This document shows positions 49,501 through 57,628 of a stretch of 64,000 nucleotides of DNA, piece by piece. Each line of letters begins with the position of its first letter. Position 1 is the first letter of the stretch. The notes under the pieces were generated by a model that searched no databases, was not told where the DNA came from, and was given only the letters and a program-made list of their open reading frames with translations. Made by a program: the position numbers and the translations under genes. This DNA is from an uncultured virus (IMG/VR IMGVR_UViG_3300022562_001918). Its lineage: Duplodnaviria > Heunggongvirae > Uroviricota > Caudoviricetes. The DNA lies in IMG/VR virus record IMGVR_UViG_3300022562_001918; one strand, written 5' to 3'.

Positions 49501-49780
49501 TCGCATCTCCGCCTGCGCCCGTGAGCGGAGAATCCGTCTCAAGACCCGGGGTCTCGTAGTTCGGATATCCATCCCACGCGAACGCTACATCGCCGGCGTC
49601 CACCTGGGCCTGGAGGGCCACGTAGTCAGGGCCGGTGAGGTTCTGTAGCTCGGCCGTCACGTTGACAGCGGGGCCGCGGGCCGGAGGAGCAGCGCTCGCC
49701 GGTAGATCGGGTACGACAGGGTTGCCGGCTGCCAGAGACAGCGGAGCACCCGTCAAGTTATATGCTAGTAGTTTTGACAT
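46598..49780 (-). CDS. Large virion fibre / decoration protein with duplicated modules
   Basis: 1060 aa, Gly/Thr/Ser-rich; two PGxYxTxxEA..C..P.G.WD units and two DTSGG..V..P..D...A..NP.T units. Confidence 0.7.
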   Translation of the reverse strand: MSKLLAYNLTGAPLSLAAGNPVVPDLPASAAPPARGPAVNVTAELQNLTGPDYVALQAQVDAGDVAFAWDGYPNYETPGLETDSPLTGAGGDAIGSPIVWRHDAVSPPPGVYSTFEEAHAEATARVAAGLGPQKIYLDRSDSTFIGQSGQPTCPVPTGVWDMSDIGLYAFGEGTFQFLSILEGAYLDNLQNFGGDAFIVTINEAQVAGGIRSSGTVRVNGGCSLYLRCRNAASLPIFQNQGFTELYVAGGAELRLGDSSLIGPVIDADGGDFIFNWQGGGWVRDQSLTDTAGGGVFDFQLSSEAAGIVASSANWDQPGIAGSLVFGDLSLSRVRWKQLLGPIGFGDSPYDAATGGIVDVYDIDTSGGEVVFNMPRNAPIAGETCMVVDATGDAATNPVTINCSGTDTFADGSTSKTLSTPFGMLKFISDGFGVWRQENAEPSPVTTVRFRQEAAAPAPGTYATWQEAYDSARAATRFGPVALIFDSSESTHVTSGGRPACLIPAGAWDFEDITVQGTIQPTPNFSNPGSSESNIELADGCVITGLRSTSGLGSVQFIYNGLTDGAIIISGYHTFLTSTTFWNEDAGAGAILKVAGFGVVSFEKGNTYGGLGWNVQIPAAEPTVDLAGGFLFLLSHNGIIGEDCAKDTVGGGFFFQARSNDSDGQDVFGAGSYQMPTLEAAGGSTASAQRYPAPRRASLILNPAGDAVVSSADSPFTITFYGDILPVDTSGGPVTVILPSIGAPSEVYDQEIRIYDSSNQADANPITVLCAPRDVFSRDGSKSKVISSRGGHIDLLAGGVGGWGITSSSELEGAPGPFAGVASTNANIGDGTNGPGTAAAEGWAQMQVRIPGVKSDGSITAVQGSLLVDTDNFVLDDGANPAVTFEFDSDDSVVETTTLKSIDYNVAETDNFSFSSNLFGQGVGGFTGGTLHGKLLPGQTVTISGTVSNNATFTVLFAIPGVATFVAEPVVDEGPVNSTATQDDTAANMAIGIADAISRVGFENLFITGTSAGAAVTLEGVVGTTGNVAITNNVADGGFSVTGMANGVDDVDAMKWVQYWS

Positions 49781-49783
49781 GGA

Positions 49784-49954
49784 TTACTCCTCCTGCCCCA
49801 TCCGGGCATCAATGCCGAGCTCGGCGTAGACCTGGTTTCGCAGGTCAATGAATGCTTTTCTTTTTGTGCGATCATTCGGATCGGCAAGGGCGGCCTGCTT
49901 GGCCGTCTCGCTCACCGCATACGAAGGCGCAGTGCTGAGGTCAATATGTGACAT
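49784..49954 (-). CDS. Small hypothetical protein (56 aa, not in the ORF track)
   Basis: MSHIDLSTAPSY...RMGQEE; purine-rich RBS region; fills the operon gap. Confidence 0.6.
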   Translation of the reverse strand: MSHIDLSTAPSYAVSETAKQAALADPNDRTKRKAFIDLRNQVYAELGIDARMGQEE

Positions 49955-49981
49955 TTCGCGTCTCTCCCTTTCGTCTCTCTA

Positions 49982-50209
49982 TCAGGTAAGGTTCCCGGAT
50001 GAATCTCGCCAGTTGGTGCCATCGCTCCACTCCGGCGTATTCGTATCCGTGTTGAAAATCTGCGTTCCGGGCTGGAGCGTGCTCGCATCAGGCCGGTCGG
50101 CATTTGAGAATGCGCCATACGACGCGCGTTGAAGAGTGGCGAGAATCTTCTCGGCTCTCCGCCGCGGCGTAGGCACGCGAACGTCTTTGAGGGTCAGATC
50201 TTGGGACAT
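49982..50209 (-). CDS. Small fibre-associated protein
   Basis: AGGAG RBS; GTQIFNTDTNTPEWSDGTNW resembles fibre modules. Confidence 0.6.
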   Translation of the reverse strand: MSQDLTLKDVRVPTPRRRAEKILATLQRASYGAFSNADRPDASTLQPGTQIFNTDTNTPEWSDGTNWRDSSGNLT

Positions 50210-50323
50210 TTGTTCTCCTAAAGGTGAATATGGCTGGCAACCACGCCAGCTCCCATGACAGTGATTCTCCTCTCTCGAGGTCTATCCGTCAACGATGCCA
50301 GGTCTTTCCCTGCAGGGTCCTGG

Positions 50324-50346
50324 CATTGCCTGTTTTCGGGCATAAG
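50324..50346 (+). promoter_or_regulatory. Putative phage promoter CATT-N11-GGCATAAG
   Basis: Motif copy followed by ATGAAG. Confidence 0.7.
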
Positions 50347-50405
50347 AAGGATGAAGCAGAACTTCATTAACCCAACAACCTCAACCCCAAACAAAGGACA
50401 CAACC

Positions 50406-51095
50406 ATGCCTATGTACATATCTGAGGATTCACACACCGACCACGGCCTGAGCGAAGAGATCTACAACTACTTGTTAAAACGATTCTCCGACCGCGATGG
50501 CTTCTTCAAGGAGGTGGTGGACCTTCCACGACACCTACATGCGCCATGCGGACTCTACGGTCCCTCCATGGGAGATGAACCAATTGACCCCAATGAAATC
50601 TTTCTTATCAGCCGGAGTGATGACAGAGCCGGCTTATCTCCAGTCATCAAAAGACCACATCGAAACGTCTCTAAAGTATTCGTAGTGGCTGGGCCACACC
50701 AAAACCCAGAAAAAGAAATCAACATGAGCTGTATGCTCTACACGTGCTACGGAGGCACTGAATCTCCGTTGGAACCTTGGGACAAAAGAATCGCCCACGA
50801 CGCTACCAAGGTTGCAGAAAGCAAAGCGTTCTGGGCACCCACCGGGGGACATGCACTCGCTGTTCCCCACGGACACGCCATCGTGCGCGTCCGAGAGAAG
50901 AACTGGACGGCGGTCTACCTTCGCGCTCAAGCGAACGAGATCTCCTTCCAGCTCATCGACAAAGCAACGGAGCCGCACCCAAGCGGCGACGAAATGAAAT
51001 GGGCTTACGTGGGCTGCAGTGGAAAACAATTCCACAAGCTCATCGAGGACATCTCCAATGATGTTCCTGATCTCTCGGTTGGGAGGTCGTCATGA
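50406..51095 (+). CDS. Hypothetical protein
   Basis: AAAGGA RBS; 229 aa. Confidence 0.7.
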   Translation: MPMYISEDSHTDHGLSEEIYNYLLKRFSDRDGFFKEVVDLPRHLHAPCGLYGPSMGDEPIDPNEIFLISRSDDRAGLSPVIKRPHRNVSKVFVVAGPHQNPEKEINMSCMLYTCYGGTESPLEPWDKRIAHDATKVAESKAFWAPTGGHALAVPHGHAIVRVREKNWTAVYLRAQANEISFQLIDKATEPHPSGDEMKWAYVGCSGKQFHKLIEDISNDVPDLSVGRSS

Positions 51096-51499
51096 GTAAC
51101 CCCATCACGAAAACCACAAACCCGGGGACGACCAGCCAATGGTCGCTTCCCATTCCAACCATGAAAGAAATGCTCGCCCTCGGCAAGAAGTGCTCAAGTG
51201 CTCACGCCGCGGTCGAACGACTTCTCTTCGAGCTCCGCTCGGGAGAACAACAACAGGACGACATTGAACGTCTTGAACTACTACTGGAAGAAGAAGGTTA
51301 CCTCTACTCGCAATTCGAGGAGGCTACCCAACGATTCCAAGAATGCTCCCTTATCGATGACAGCGAATCCGCTGTTGCCGAATCCATGAGAGTACAAATC
51401 AGCTCCAGGCTGGGCATCCACTACGCCCAGTCCCTGCCCTTCACTAAGGGCATCCAAGAAACACGGCAAGCCATGTGCGACGTCATCTTTCTTGTGTGA
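51092..51499 (+). CDS. Hypothetical protein
   Basis: GGAGG RBS, ATGA overlap. Confidence 0.7.
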   Translation: MSNPITKTTNPGTTSQWSLPIPTMKEMLALGKKCSSAHAAVERLLFELRSGEQQQDDIERLELLLEEEGYLYSQFEEATQRFQECSLIDDSESAVAESMRVQISSRLGIHYAQSLPFTKGIQETRQAMCDVIFLV

Positions 51500-51530
51500 G
51501 CAATCCGCCCTCTGAGAAATCAGGGGGCAT

Positions 51531-51586
51531 GGCACCTTCGGGTGCCTTCTTAGCTATCAGGATCACTCGACCTTTTCGGGCATAAG
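51531..51586 (+). promoter_or_regulatory. Terminator (GGCACC-TTCG-GGTGCC...TTAGC) plus promoter CACT-N11-GGCATAAG
   Basis: Cassette junction; ATG 6 nt downstream. Confidence 0.8.
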
Positions 51587-51592
51587 ATTGGT

Positions 51593-51859
51593 ATGAAGGA
51601 AAAACTACTTACCAACATGCTCAATCACATCAACTCGGAAATGAAGATCGCGGCCGAACTCGCGGACAGGTCCGAGAAGATGTCTCTCTCTCAAATGCAG
51701 AGAACCGAGGCTTCGAAGCGCACCGAGCGCTTCCTGTGCAATGTGCACATGGAAGTGTCGACGTGCGTCCACGAAGGTCTGTTCTCCCGCGAAGAGGCGG
51801 ATGCTCTTCTCCAGCTGTCCAAGAGCGTCGAGGCGACGTACAAATACGCGCTGATGTAG
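51593..51859 (+). CDS. Small early protein (probably leaderless)
   Basis: ATG 6 nt after GGCATAAG, no SD. Confidence 0.7.
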   Translation: MKEKLLTNMLNHINSEMKIAAELADRSEKMSLSQMQRTEASKRTERFLCNVHMEVSTCVHEGLFSREEADALLQLSKSVEATYKYALM

Positions 51860-51918
51860 CCGAGCTTGGCGGTAGCCCCCTCAACGCAGGGGTGCGACTG
51901 CACAAACAACGCACACCA

Positions 51919-51956
51919 TTTTTTTAGCCTGAGCACTGCTTGAAATCAGGCATAAG
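51919..51956 (+). promoter_or_regulatory. T7-AGC terminator end plus promoter CACT-N11-GGCATAAG
   Basis: Cassette junction. Confidence 0.8.
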
Positions 51957-51976
51957 AGTAATGAAAGGAGATTCTT

Positions 51977-52213
51977 ATGTCGCGAACATACCGTTCGCAG
52001 TGCTACGGATCTCGCAAGTCCACTCGTGAAGAGTTGGCCCGCCTGGAGCACGAGCTCGAGCGGCAGTACCGCGCACATTGTCGTGCCGACGCCCAAGCCC
52101 ATGATGAGATCATGGAAGAGGCGTTGAGCGATGAGGTGTCCCGGAACAGCCGTCGACTCGCTCGCTGCTCCTCGAGGACCGACTCCAGCGAGCGGTTTGC
52201 GATGAGCAAGTAG
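51977..52213 (+). CDS. Small early protein
   Basis: AAAGGAG RBS. Confidence 0.65.
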   Translation: MSRTYRSQCYGSRKSTREELARLEHELERQYRAHCRADAQAHDEIMEEALSDEVSRNSRRLARCSSRTDSSERFAMSK

Positions 52214-52249
52214 CACTGCGAAAGCAGATGCTCGAGAAAAGAGCCCCTC

Positions 52250-52409
52250 CAGGAGGTCGCACAGTTCGAGTGCGCGCTCCCGTTATGCTTGGCGTCTACC
52301 TAGCTGGAACAACCTTTGGAGTCTTAAGTGATGAAAGGCCAGCAAAGAGGCGCCCGGATAGGGATGCTAAAAGTACGCACCAAGCTGTGCGACTTCCTGT
52401 TTTTTTAGC
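52250..52409 (+). ncRNA. Candidate rod-like structured RNA
   Basis: 17-bp closing stem (52250-52266 with 52383-52399) enclosing nested helices, then T7-AGC. Confidence 0.45.
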
Positions 52410-52414
52410 CTGAT

Positions 52415-52437
52415 CACTGCCTGTTTGCGGGCACAAG
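52415..52437 (+). promoter_or_regulatory. Promoter variant CACT-N11-GGCACAAG
   Basis: One mismatch; follows a terminator. Confidence 0.7.
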
Positions 52438-52485
52438 GATCATAGAAGGGAACACTTCCGTTCCCTCAAAACAAAGGAGATCTAT

Positions 52486-53109
52486 ATGTCCAGTAAAGCA
52501 GCAAAGAAAAAGACTATCCCCGAACTTACCGAGGAGCAGCGTAACCTCATCCTCGTTACCGCGCACCTTGTCCCAGAGCTTACCCCCGAAGCTCTTTGCC
52601 ACAATGCGTCCGGCCCTGACTGTGACGACATCACCCCCGATCAGCTCGACCAGATGTCTGACGACATGTGGATTCAGTGGGGTAGATGCTGCAGACTCAC
52701 TGAGTCCGGCGAGAAAAAGGCTCAAGCCATCATAGATGGAGACAGAGTTCTTCGCACGGCGGTGTTCGTTGTCTATCGCGGTCTTCTTAAAGAGAAGGAC
52801 ACCCGGATTGATGAGCTAAAGAAGCGCATCGAGGAGCTCGGGGACATCAACGAAAATCTCCACGAGCAGATAAAGGAACAATCCACTCTCATGAGAGAGG
52901 TCGAAAACAAGATCGGGACCATGCGGCAAAACCGCGATGGCTCGAACTTGTATGTCGCAAAAGACGGCAGCGGGGGACGAAAGTGCTACATCGTTGCGGC
53001 CAACATGAAGGAGGCGGTCGCGAAGATCGAGGCCTGGGGTGTCGAGGAGTTCAGCATCAAGAAGGTGTGCAACTCAGAGAACTTCCTTCTCGGGGATGGG
53101 GGGGAGTGA
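52486..53109 (+). CDS. Hypothetical coiled-coil protein
   Basis: AAAGGAG RBS. Confidence 0.7.
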   Translation: MSSKAAKKKTIPELTEEQRNLILVTAHLVPELTPEALCHNASGPDCDDITPDQLDQMSDDMWIQWGRCCRLTESGEKKAQAIIDGDRVLRTAVFVVYRGLLKEKDTRIDELKKRIEELGDINENLHEQIKEQSTLMREVENKIGTMRQNRDGSNLYVAKDGSGGRKCYIVAANMKEAVAKIEAWGVEEFSIKKVCNSENFLLGDGGE

Positions 53110-53444
53110 TGGAGCGCATTACCAGCAAGCACGTCAATGAGGTCAGGATACTGTCCTATGTCGCCATGCATCCAGATTGCACCGCTGGTGACCTACACGA
53201 AGGTAATGCCTACACTCATCTGACCGCAACCAGCAAGGCCATCAGGTTTCTGTCGAAGGATGGCTTCATTGAGATCAAGAGAGACGATGATGATGGTCGC
53301 CGTGTCCGCCTTCGCGTCACAGCCCAAGGACGAGAGTATCTGGACATTCTGTGCGAAGAGATCCGTTCCTATGCACAAGAGCTACTTGAGATCGTATCGA
53401 ACATTGAGATCCCCGAAAGGACACACCATGTCAATCAAGGATGA
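53109..53444 (+). CDS. MarR-family winged-helix regulator
   Basis: KAIRFLSKDGFIEIKRDDDDGRRVRLRVTAQGREY. Confidence 0.8.
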   Translation: MERITSKHVNEVRILSYVAMHPDCTAGDLHEGNAYTHLTATSKAIRFLSKDGFIEIKRDDDDGRRVRLRVTAQGREYLDILCEEIRSYAQELLEIVSNIEIPERTHHVNQG

Positions 53445-53787
53445 CTGGAAACAAGCACTGCTCCTTCAAGAGCAACTCATCGACTGCCTCGAGATTGTCG
53501 AGAAGTACATCTGCGATGAGAACATGCCAGCCGCCTTCGTCGCCCTGGGCGAGGCCCTCGGTATCGTCAAGAAAGCAGAGCCCTACCTCGAAAAGTACAC
53601 GTCCGACAAGACAGGACTGGCCACACTCATTCTGGAGTTTGGAAAGAGACCCATCGCCGAAGACATCCTCATCACCTCATCCATTATCGGCATCTTCCAG
53701 GCAATGCATCGGGTCTACGCTATCTACTCCAACGCCGTCAAAGAGGCGGTGGGGAACGAGCTCGACGACGAGCCCCTCAAGCACTGA
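53428..53787 (+). CDS. Hypothetical protein
   Basis: AAAGGA RBS; MSIKDDW. Confidence 0.65.
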   Translation: MSIKDDWKQALLLQEQLIDCLEIVEKYICDENMPAAFVALGEALGIVKKAEPYLEKYTSDKTGLATLILEFGKRPIAEDILITSSIIGIFQAMHRVYAIYSNAVKEAVGNELDDEPLKH

Positions 53788-53923
53788 TTCAGGGGGGGAA
53801 CATTAGAGCGTTGGGCTCAATGCGTTGGGGCAAGGTGGCCCCCCGATATCTGCTTTTCCCGCCTGCTCCGTCCTTGAAAGGTGCGCAGCCAGTCTCACCT
53901 TAATTGAGTCAAACTGGTACGAA

Positions 53924-53970
53924 AGCCTGTGCCCCGGTAATTCTGCCGGGGGCAGGCTTCGTTCTTTTTC
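53924..53970 (+). terminator. Intrinsic terminator
   Basis: AGCCTGTGCCCCGG...CCGGGGGCAGGCT hairpin followed by TCTTTTT. Confidence 0.65.
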
Positions 53971-53995
53971 AACACAAACCAAAAGGAGAAATCTA

Positions 53996-54661
53996 ATGTC
54001 CAAAATCACCATTCAAAACTTCGCTGACGACCTAAGCCGGTTGCTCTGCGAAGACGTCCAAGAGGCCAACGACTTCGCCAGTCTCTACAACCACTTCCTC
54101 TCTGTCGCCATCGCCGGCGAGCAACTTCGCCGGGCAAGTCTCGCCGAGGGAGAAGGCGACATTGGGTCGATTGAACTCGCGGCGTACGACGCATTTCTGG
54201 AAAGCTACATCGGCCCCGTCGCTGAAGATCTCCCAGAGGCTCTTATCGCAGTCCTTGAGAACGTGGACGACTTTGCAGAGACTCCCCTGCCCCGCGATCC
54301 GTCCATGGCAGAAGACCTTCTCATCGAAATCGATGAAGTACTCTGCGTTGCTGCGTGCGCCGGACGGGTTGGCAAACTTGCCAAGTACGAAGTTCTCGCT
54401 CTCGGGAAGACGGCCCGCGACCACATCGCCGCCAACGCCCCTGCCCTCTCCGCTGCCTCGGCCTTTGCCGAAGAGCGCGACCTATTGTTTGCCGACGACC
54501 CTCTCTACCCAGACCTCTTTGCCTTCTACGAGCCCCTGGCTGCCCTCTCGCCAAGCCGCGTGAGTCTCGTTGCCACCTTGCAAAGAGAAGCCCGCCGCGC
54601 TCGTCACATTAAGGCTGCCATGGCCGCCTTCGACGCCAAGCACGCATCCACTGATAACTAA
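53996..54661 (+). CDS. Hypothetical acidic helical protein
   Basis: AAGGAG RBS; MSKITIQ. Confidence 0.7.
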   Translation: MSKITIQNFADDLSRLLCEDVQEANDFASLYNHFLSVAIAGEQLRRASLAEGEGDIGSIELAAYDAFLESYIGPVAEDLPEALIAVLENVDDFAETPLPRDPSMAEDLLIEIDEVLCVAACAGRVGKLAKYEVLALGKTARDHIAANAPALSAASAFAEERDLLFADDPLYPDLFAFYEPLAALSPSRVSLVATLQREARRARHIKAAMAAFDAKHASTDN

Positions 54662-54689
54662 CAAACAACCCAAACCAAAGGAGATCCCA

Positions 54690-55091
54690 GTGTCCAAAAT
54701 CACCGTTGAAGAATTCATGGACAACCATGAGTCACCCGATGAACTCAATCGCTATCGGTCCATGACCGCCCAGGACCACGTCGAAGGTTTTGTCGACGAG
54801 AACACCCGCTTCCACATCATCCGCACCAGCGAGAACTACCGTCCAGCCCAGCTCGACAAGCTAAACGATAGCCTCGACTCTCAGTGCTACATGCTCGAGA
54901 AAATCGAGTCCATCGTCGAAGACTGGGAGGCCAAGGCCGTGCGGACCAAGGACGCAGACCACATCGAGTTCGTCAACCAGCCCGACTACGAGCTCGAGGC
55001 CCGCCTCATGCGCGCCCAGCTCGATGTCGCAAAGGCCAGGTTCGCTGAGAACTTCTCGATGCTGCGACGGCTCAAAGAAGAGAGTGAGTAA
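54690..55091 (+). CDS. Hypothetical protein
   Basis: AAGGAG RBS, GTG start; MSKITVEE. Confidence 0.7.
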   Translation: MSKITVEEFMDNHESPDELNRYRSMTAQDHVEGFVDENTRFHIIRTSENYRPAQLDKLNDSLDSQCYMLEKIESIVEDWEAKAVRTKDADHIEFVNQPDYELEARLMRAQLDVAKARFAENFSMLRRLKEESE

Positions 55092-55120
55092 TTCCCAACC
55101 AACAACCAAAGGAGATCTAC

Positions 55121-55648
55121 ATGCCAAAACGTCTAAGTGGCCCTGAGCGCGCGAATCGCGACAACGAGCAAGCAGTCATCTTGCAGCAGATTCTCATGTA
55201 CCTGTCTTCCGACCCAGACAAGTACGAAATTGCTGCGAAATGCTTCTTTGACGAGCACTTTCAGAAAGCTCTCACAAAGCGAGGTCTTCTGATGGGCAGC
55301 CATCAATATCACAAGATCAAACTGCAAACGATCGACGAGTGCCAAAAGGAGTTCGACGCAATCATCCCTTTCATCAAAGAAGAGAATCGAGAGGCGTATC
55401 GCTCTTGCTTTGAAGAAGCTATCGAGTCGATTAGATGCACGCCCAACCGAATTGTTGCCGAGGACTTTGGGCTCTTCATAGATCAGCTTCTCTTCGCACT
55501 GCAAACAAGCATGCCAGAGGTTTGCGAGAAAGCTGTCGAGGACAACTACTTGGCGGAAAAAGCAAACAGGCTGATGGCTTCGTTCGCTCAAGAAGTCGGG
55601 AAAGCGACATCGCGCATACAGAACTCGATACGCCTTATCTACCAGTAG
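55121..55648 (+). CDS. Hypothetical protein
   Basis: AAGGAG RBS. Confidence 0.7.
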   Translation: MPKRLSGPERANRDNEQAVILQQILMYLSSDPDKYEIAAKCFFDEHFQKALTKRGLLMGSHQYHKIKLQTIDECQKEFDAIIPFIKEENREAYRSCFEEAIESIRCTPNRIVAEDFGLFIDQLLFALQTSMPEVCEKAVEDNYLAEKANRLMASFAQEVGKATSRIQNSIRLIYQ

Positions 55649-55695
55649 GCACCCAGAAGCCAACTCCACACACATAAACAAGAAAGGAAAATCTA

Positions 55696-56706
55696 ATGGG
55701 AAAGAGAAAAAGCAAAACCAACAGCTACAAAAGCAGAAAAAGGAGAACGGTCAATCGCAAAACTGCGTCTGAGCGCCTTGAGTGGATCGAGGCAAGGTGG
55801 AGCACCAACCCAGACATTCCAATCAATGGACGGAATGGGATGCACGAGCTTCTCATGAACGAGTTCGGCGTCACTCAGCGCGACGAGCAACTTGTCCGCA
55901 TCCGTGAAAGGATCATGGGCAAGCTGGACAGGAAGAAGCCTCTCGTGACCAGGGACGAGAAAGAGCTTATCGAGGGTGTCCTCCGTAAGTACGAGCAGGC
56001 TGAGAAGATCAAGTCTGCCCAGGTTGCGGCCGCCGACGCTCCTCCTCTGAGGAAAGAAGTGGCACGAAACGAGCCGCCCTCTCCTCCTCCACCGCCAACG
56101 CCAAAGGTGCCTCCTGCTCCACACTCTGTGTCTGAGGACAGGAAGCCGTACCATGAACCGCCTAGGCTGAAGATCATCGACAAAGATGGCGACGTGAGTT
56201 ACCGGAGAGCAATGGACGTCATTCCAGCGCCCGGAACCACTCGCTCCAGTGCCGATATCAGAATTCGCTTCGATTGGTGTCGTGAGTACATGAAGCTCAA
56301 TCCCGATGCTCAGTACAAGGAGGTCATCGAGGCGTGTCGGAGAGCCTTTGGCATTGGCATCAGTCCCAACGCCCTTGGCGACATCCGCCGCATGCTGGGC
56401 AGCGGTCTAACGAGGAGACGGAGCCATGAGTCTCATCGTCATCGCAGGGCACCCGTAGGCCGAATCATCCTCGATGATGATGAGGTCGAGCTCGAGCTCG
56501 AAGAACCAGAGACCAAGCCCAGCGCTGCTCCTCGACGAGCTCGCCGGAACACAGAGGTGTCTGCCTCTGCTATCCGAGCCGCTGTCACAATGCTCCTCGA
56601 CGAGCTTCCGCGGTTGCGTTCCCTCATCGTGGCTATCGATGAAAACGGCGATCCGGATATCTCATTCGAGATGGAGAGCATTGTCTCAGGAACTGTGACT
56701 CTATAG
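55696..56706 (+). CDS. Putative DNA-binding protein (basic N-terminus, Pro-rich linker, HTH-like segment)
   Basis: AAAGGA RBS; NPDAQYKEVIEACRRAFGIGISPNALGDIRR. Confidence 0.6.
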   Translation: MGKRKSKTNSYKSRKRRTVNRKTASERLEWIEARWSTNPDIPINGRNGMHELLMNEFGVTQRDEQLVRIRERIMGKLDRKKPLVTRDEKELIEGVLRKYEQAEKIKSAQVAAADAPPLRKEVARNEPPSPPPPPTPKVPPAPHSVSEDRKPYHEPPRLKIIDKDGDVSYRRAMDVIPAPGTTRSSADIRIRFDWCREYMKLNPDAQYKEVIEACRRAFGIGISPNALGDIRRMLGSGLTRRRSHESHRHRRAPVGRIILDDDEVELELEEPETKPSAAPRRARRNTEVSASAIRAAVTMLLDELPRLRSLIVAIDENGDPDISFEMESIVSGTVTL

Positions 56707-56714
56707 GAGTCACC

Positions 56715-56768
56715 GGAACCCCGTGGCGGGGGTTCCTTTTTTAGCCAGTCGTCCTTTATAGGCATAAG
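56715..56768 (+). promoter_or_regulatory. Terminator (GGAACCCCG...CGGGGGTTCC-T6-AGC) plus promoter CAGT-N11-GGCATAAG
   Basis: Cassette junction. Confidence 0.8.
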
Positions 56769-56772
56769 TTCT

Positions 56773-56917
56773 ATGAAAGGATTTTGCGCTATCCTAATTC
56801 TGCAGCCGGCCCGGCTATGGTGCGTGGGGAGAGCCCACGACGGTGTTTTTTCTGAGTGTCAGTTCGTCAGCACTCAGGCTTTTTCGCCCATGAAACACCG
56901 GGCTGGCTGCCCTTTTT
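56773..56917 (+). ncRNA. Candidate stand-alone multi-stem small RNA
   Basis: Lies between two promoters; 13-bp closing stem (56802-56814 with 56898-56910), internal hairpins, U-tract. Confidence 0.5.
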
Positions 56918-56940
56918 CAGTGGTCAAAATCGGGCATAAG
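56918..56940 (+). promoter_or_regulatory. Promoter CAGT-N11-GGCATAAG
   Basis: Exact motif. Confidence 0.8.
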
Positions 56941-56962
56941 AAGGATGAAAGGAGAATTTCTT

Positions 56963-57145
56963 ATGTCCAAGAAGAGACGACTTCGGTCCATGGGCCAAAG
57001 GCAGAAACGAAACCTCATCGCGCTATACACGGTTGGCATCTCTCTCGTAGGCCTCGCAGCCTACACGATTGTGCTCAGCCCAGTGCTCGGCTCGCTTGGG
57101 GTATTCAGTCTGCTTGCAGGCTTGACTGTGCTCGCATCCAACTGA
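56963..57145 (+). CDS. Small two-TM membrane protein
   Basis: AAAGGAG RBS; basic N-terminus followed by two hydrophobic segments. Confidence 0.7.
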   Translation: MSKKRRLRSMGQRQKRNLIALYTVGISLVGLAAYTIVLSPVLGSLGVFSLLAGLTVLASN

Positions 57146-57171
57146 ACTCAGAACTTCGACTTAACTTACCA

Positions 57172-57225
57172 AGCCCTTCGGGGCTTTTTTAGCCTGCATG
57201 ATCAGTCCGCGAAATCTGGCATAAG
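57172..57225 (+). promoter_or_regulatory. Terminator AGCCC-TTCG-GGGCT-T5-AGC plus promoter CAGT-N11-GGCATAAG
   Basis: The 22-bp terminator is identical to 57570-57591. Confidence 0.85.
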
Positions 57226-57231
57226 GTATGT

Positions 57232-57525
57232 ATGAAGAAAAAACTACTTACCAACGAGTATGAAGAAGTTGATTTGGCGCTTGATAGATGGCAAGCCGAG
57301 ATCAGTTCTCTTATCACGGACGTGACCGATGACATGAAGCAACAGCGGGAGCTGAGCGACGATGAGCGTCTTGCAATTCTTTCCAGGCACAAAAATGTCC
57401 GCGATCAGGTGGATGTCATTTGGCGGGAAATTTTGCGGATACGCGAAACAACGTCGCCAGGCCCGATGGTCGCATTAGTGAAGCGTTACGTTCCCATAAA
57501 GAACTTCGTCCTGGCCTACCTCTAG
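57232..57525 (+). CDS. Small early protein (probably leaderless)
   Basis: ATG 6 nt after the promoter; MKKKLLTN. Confidence 0.7.
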   Translation: MKKKLLTNEYEEVDLALDRWQAEISSLITDVTDDMKQQRELSDDERLAILSRHKNVRDQVDVIWREILRIRETTSPGPMVALVKRYVPIKNFVLAYL

Positions 57526-57569
57526 AGGCAGCCAACAACTACTTCTCACTCAGAGCAGAAAAACCAGAC

Positions 57570-57622
57570 AGCCCTTCGGGGCTTTTTTAGCTATCAGCTC
57601 AGTCGGTGGAATCAGGCATAAG
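57570..57622 (+). promoter_or_regulatory. Terminator plus promoter CAGT-N11-GGCATAAG
   Basis: Cassette junction. Confidence 0.85.
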
Positions 57623-57628
57623 AAAGGT

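Noticed and set aside
31600..56520. Frequent GAGCTCGAG / CTCGAG words
   Set aside because: Explained by Glu-Leu-Glu codon preference in a GC-rich genome; no regular spacing.
56840..56900. Hammerhead ribozyme (CTGA...GAAAC)
   Set aside because: The core reads CUGAGUG rather than CUGANGA, and the stem geometry does not fit.
56773..57192. 139-aa ORF
   Set aside because: It crosses a U-tract, a promoter, a better-supported membrane-protein gene and a terminator; more likely non-coding.
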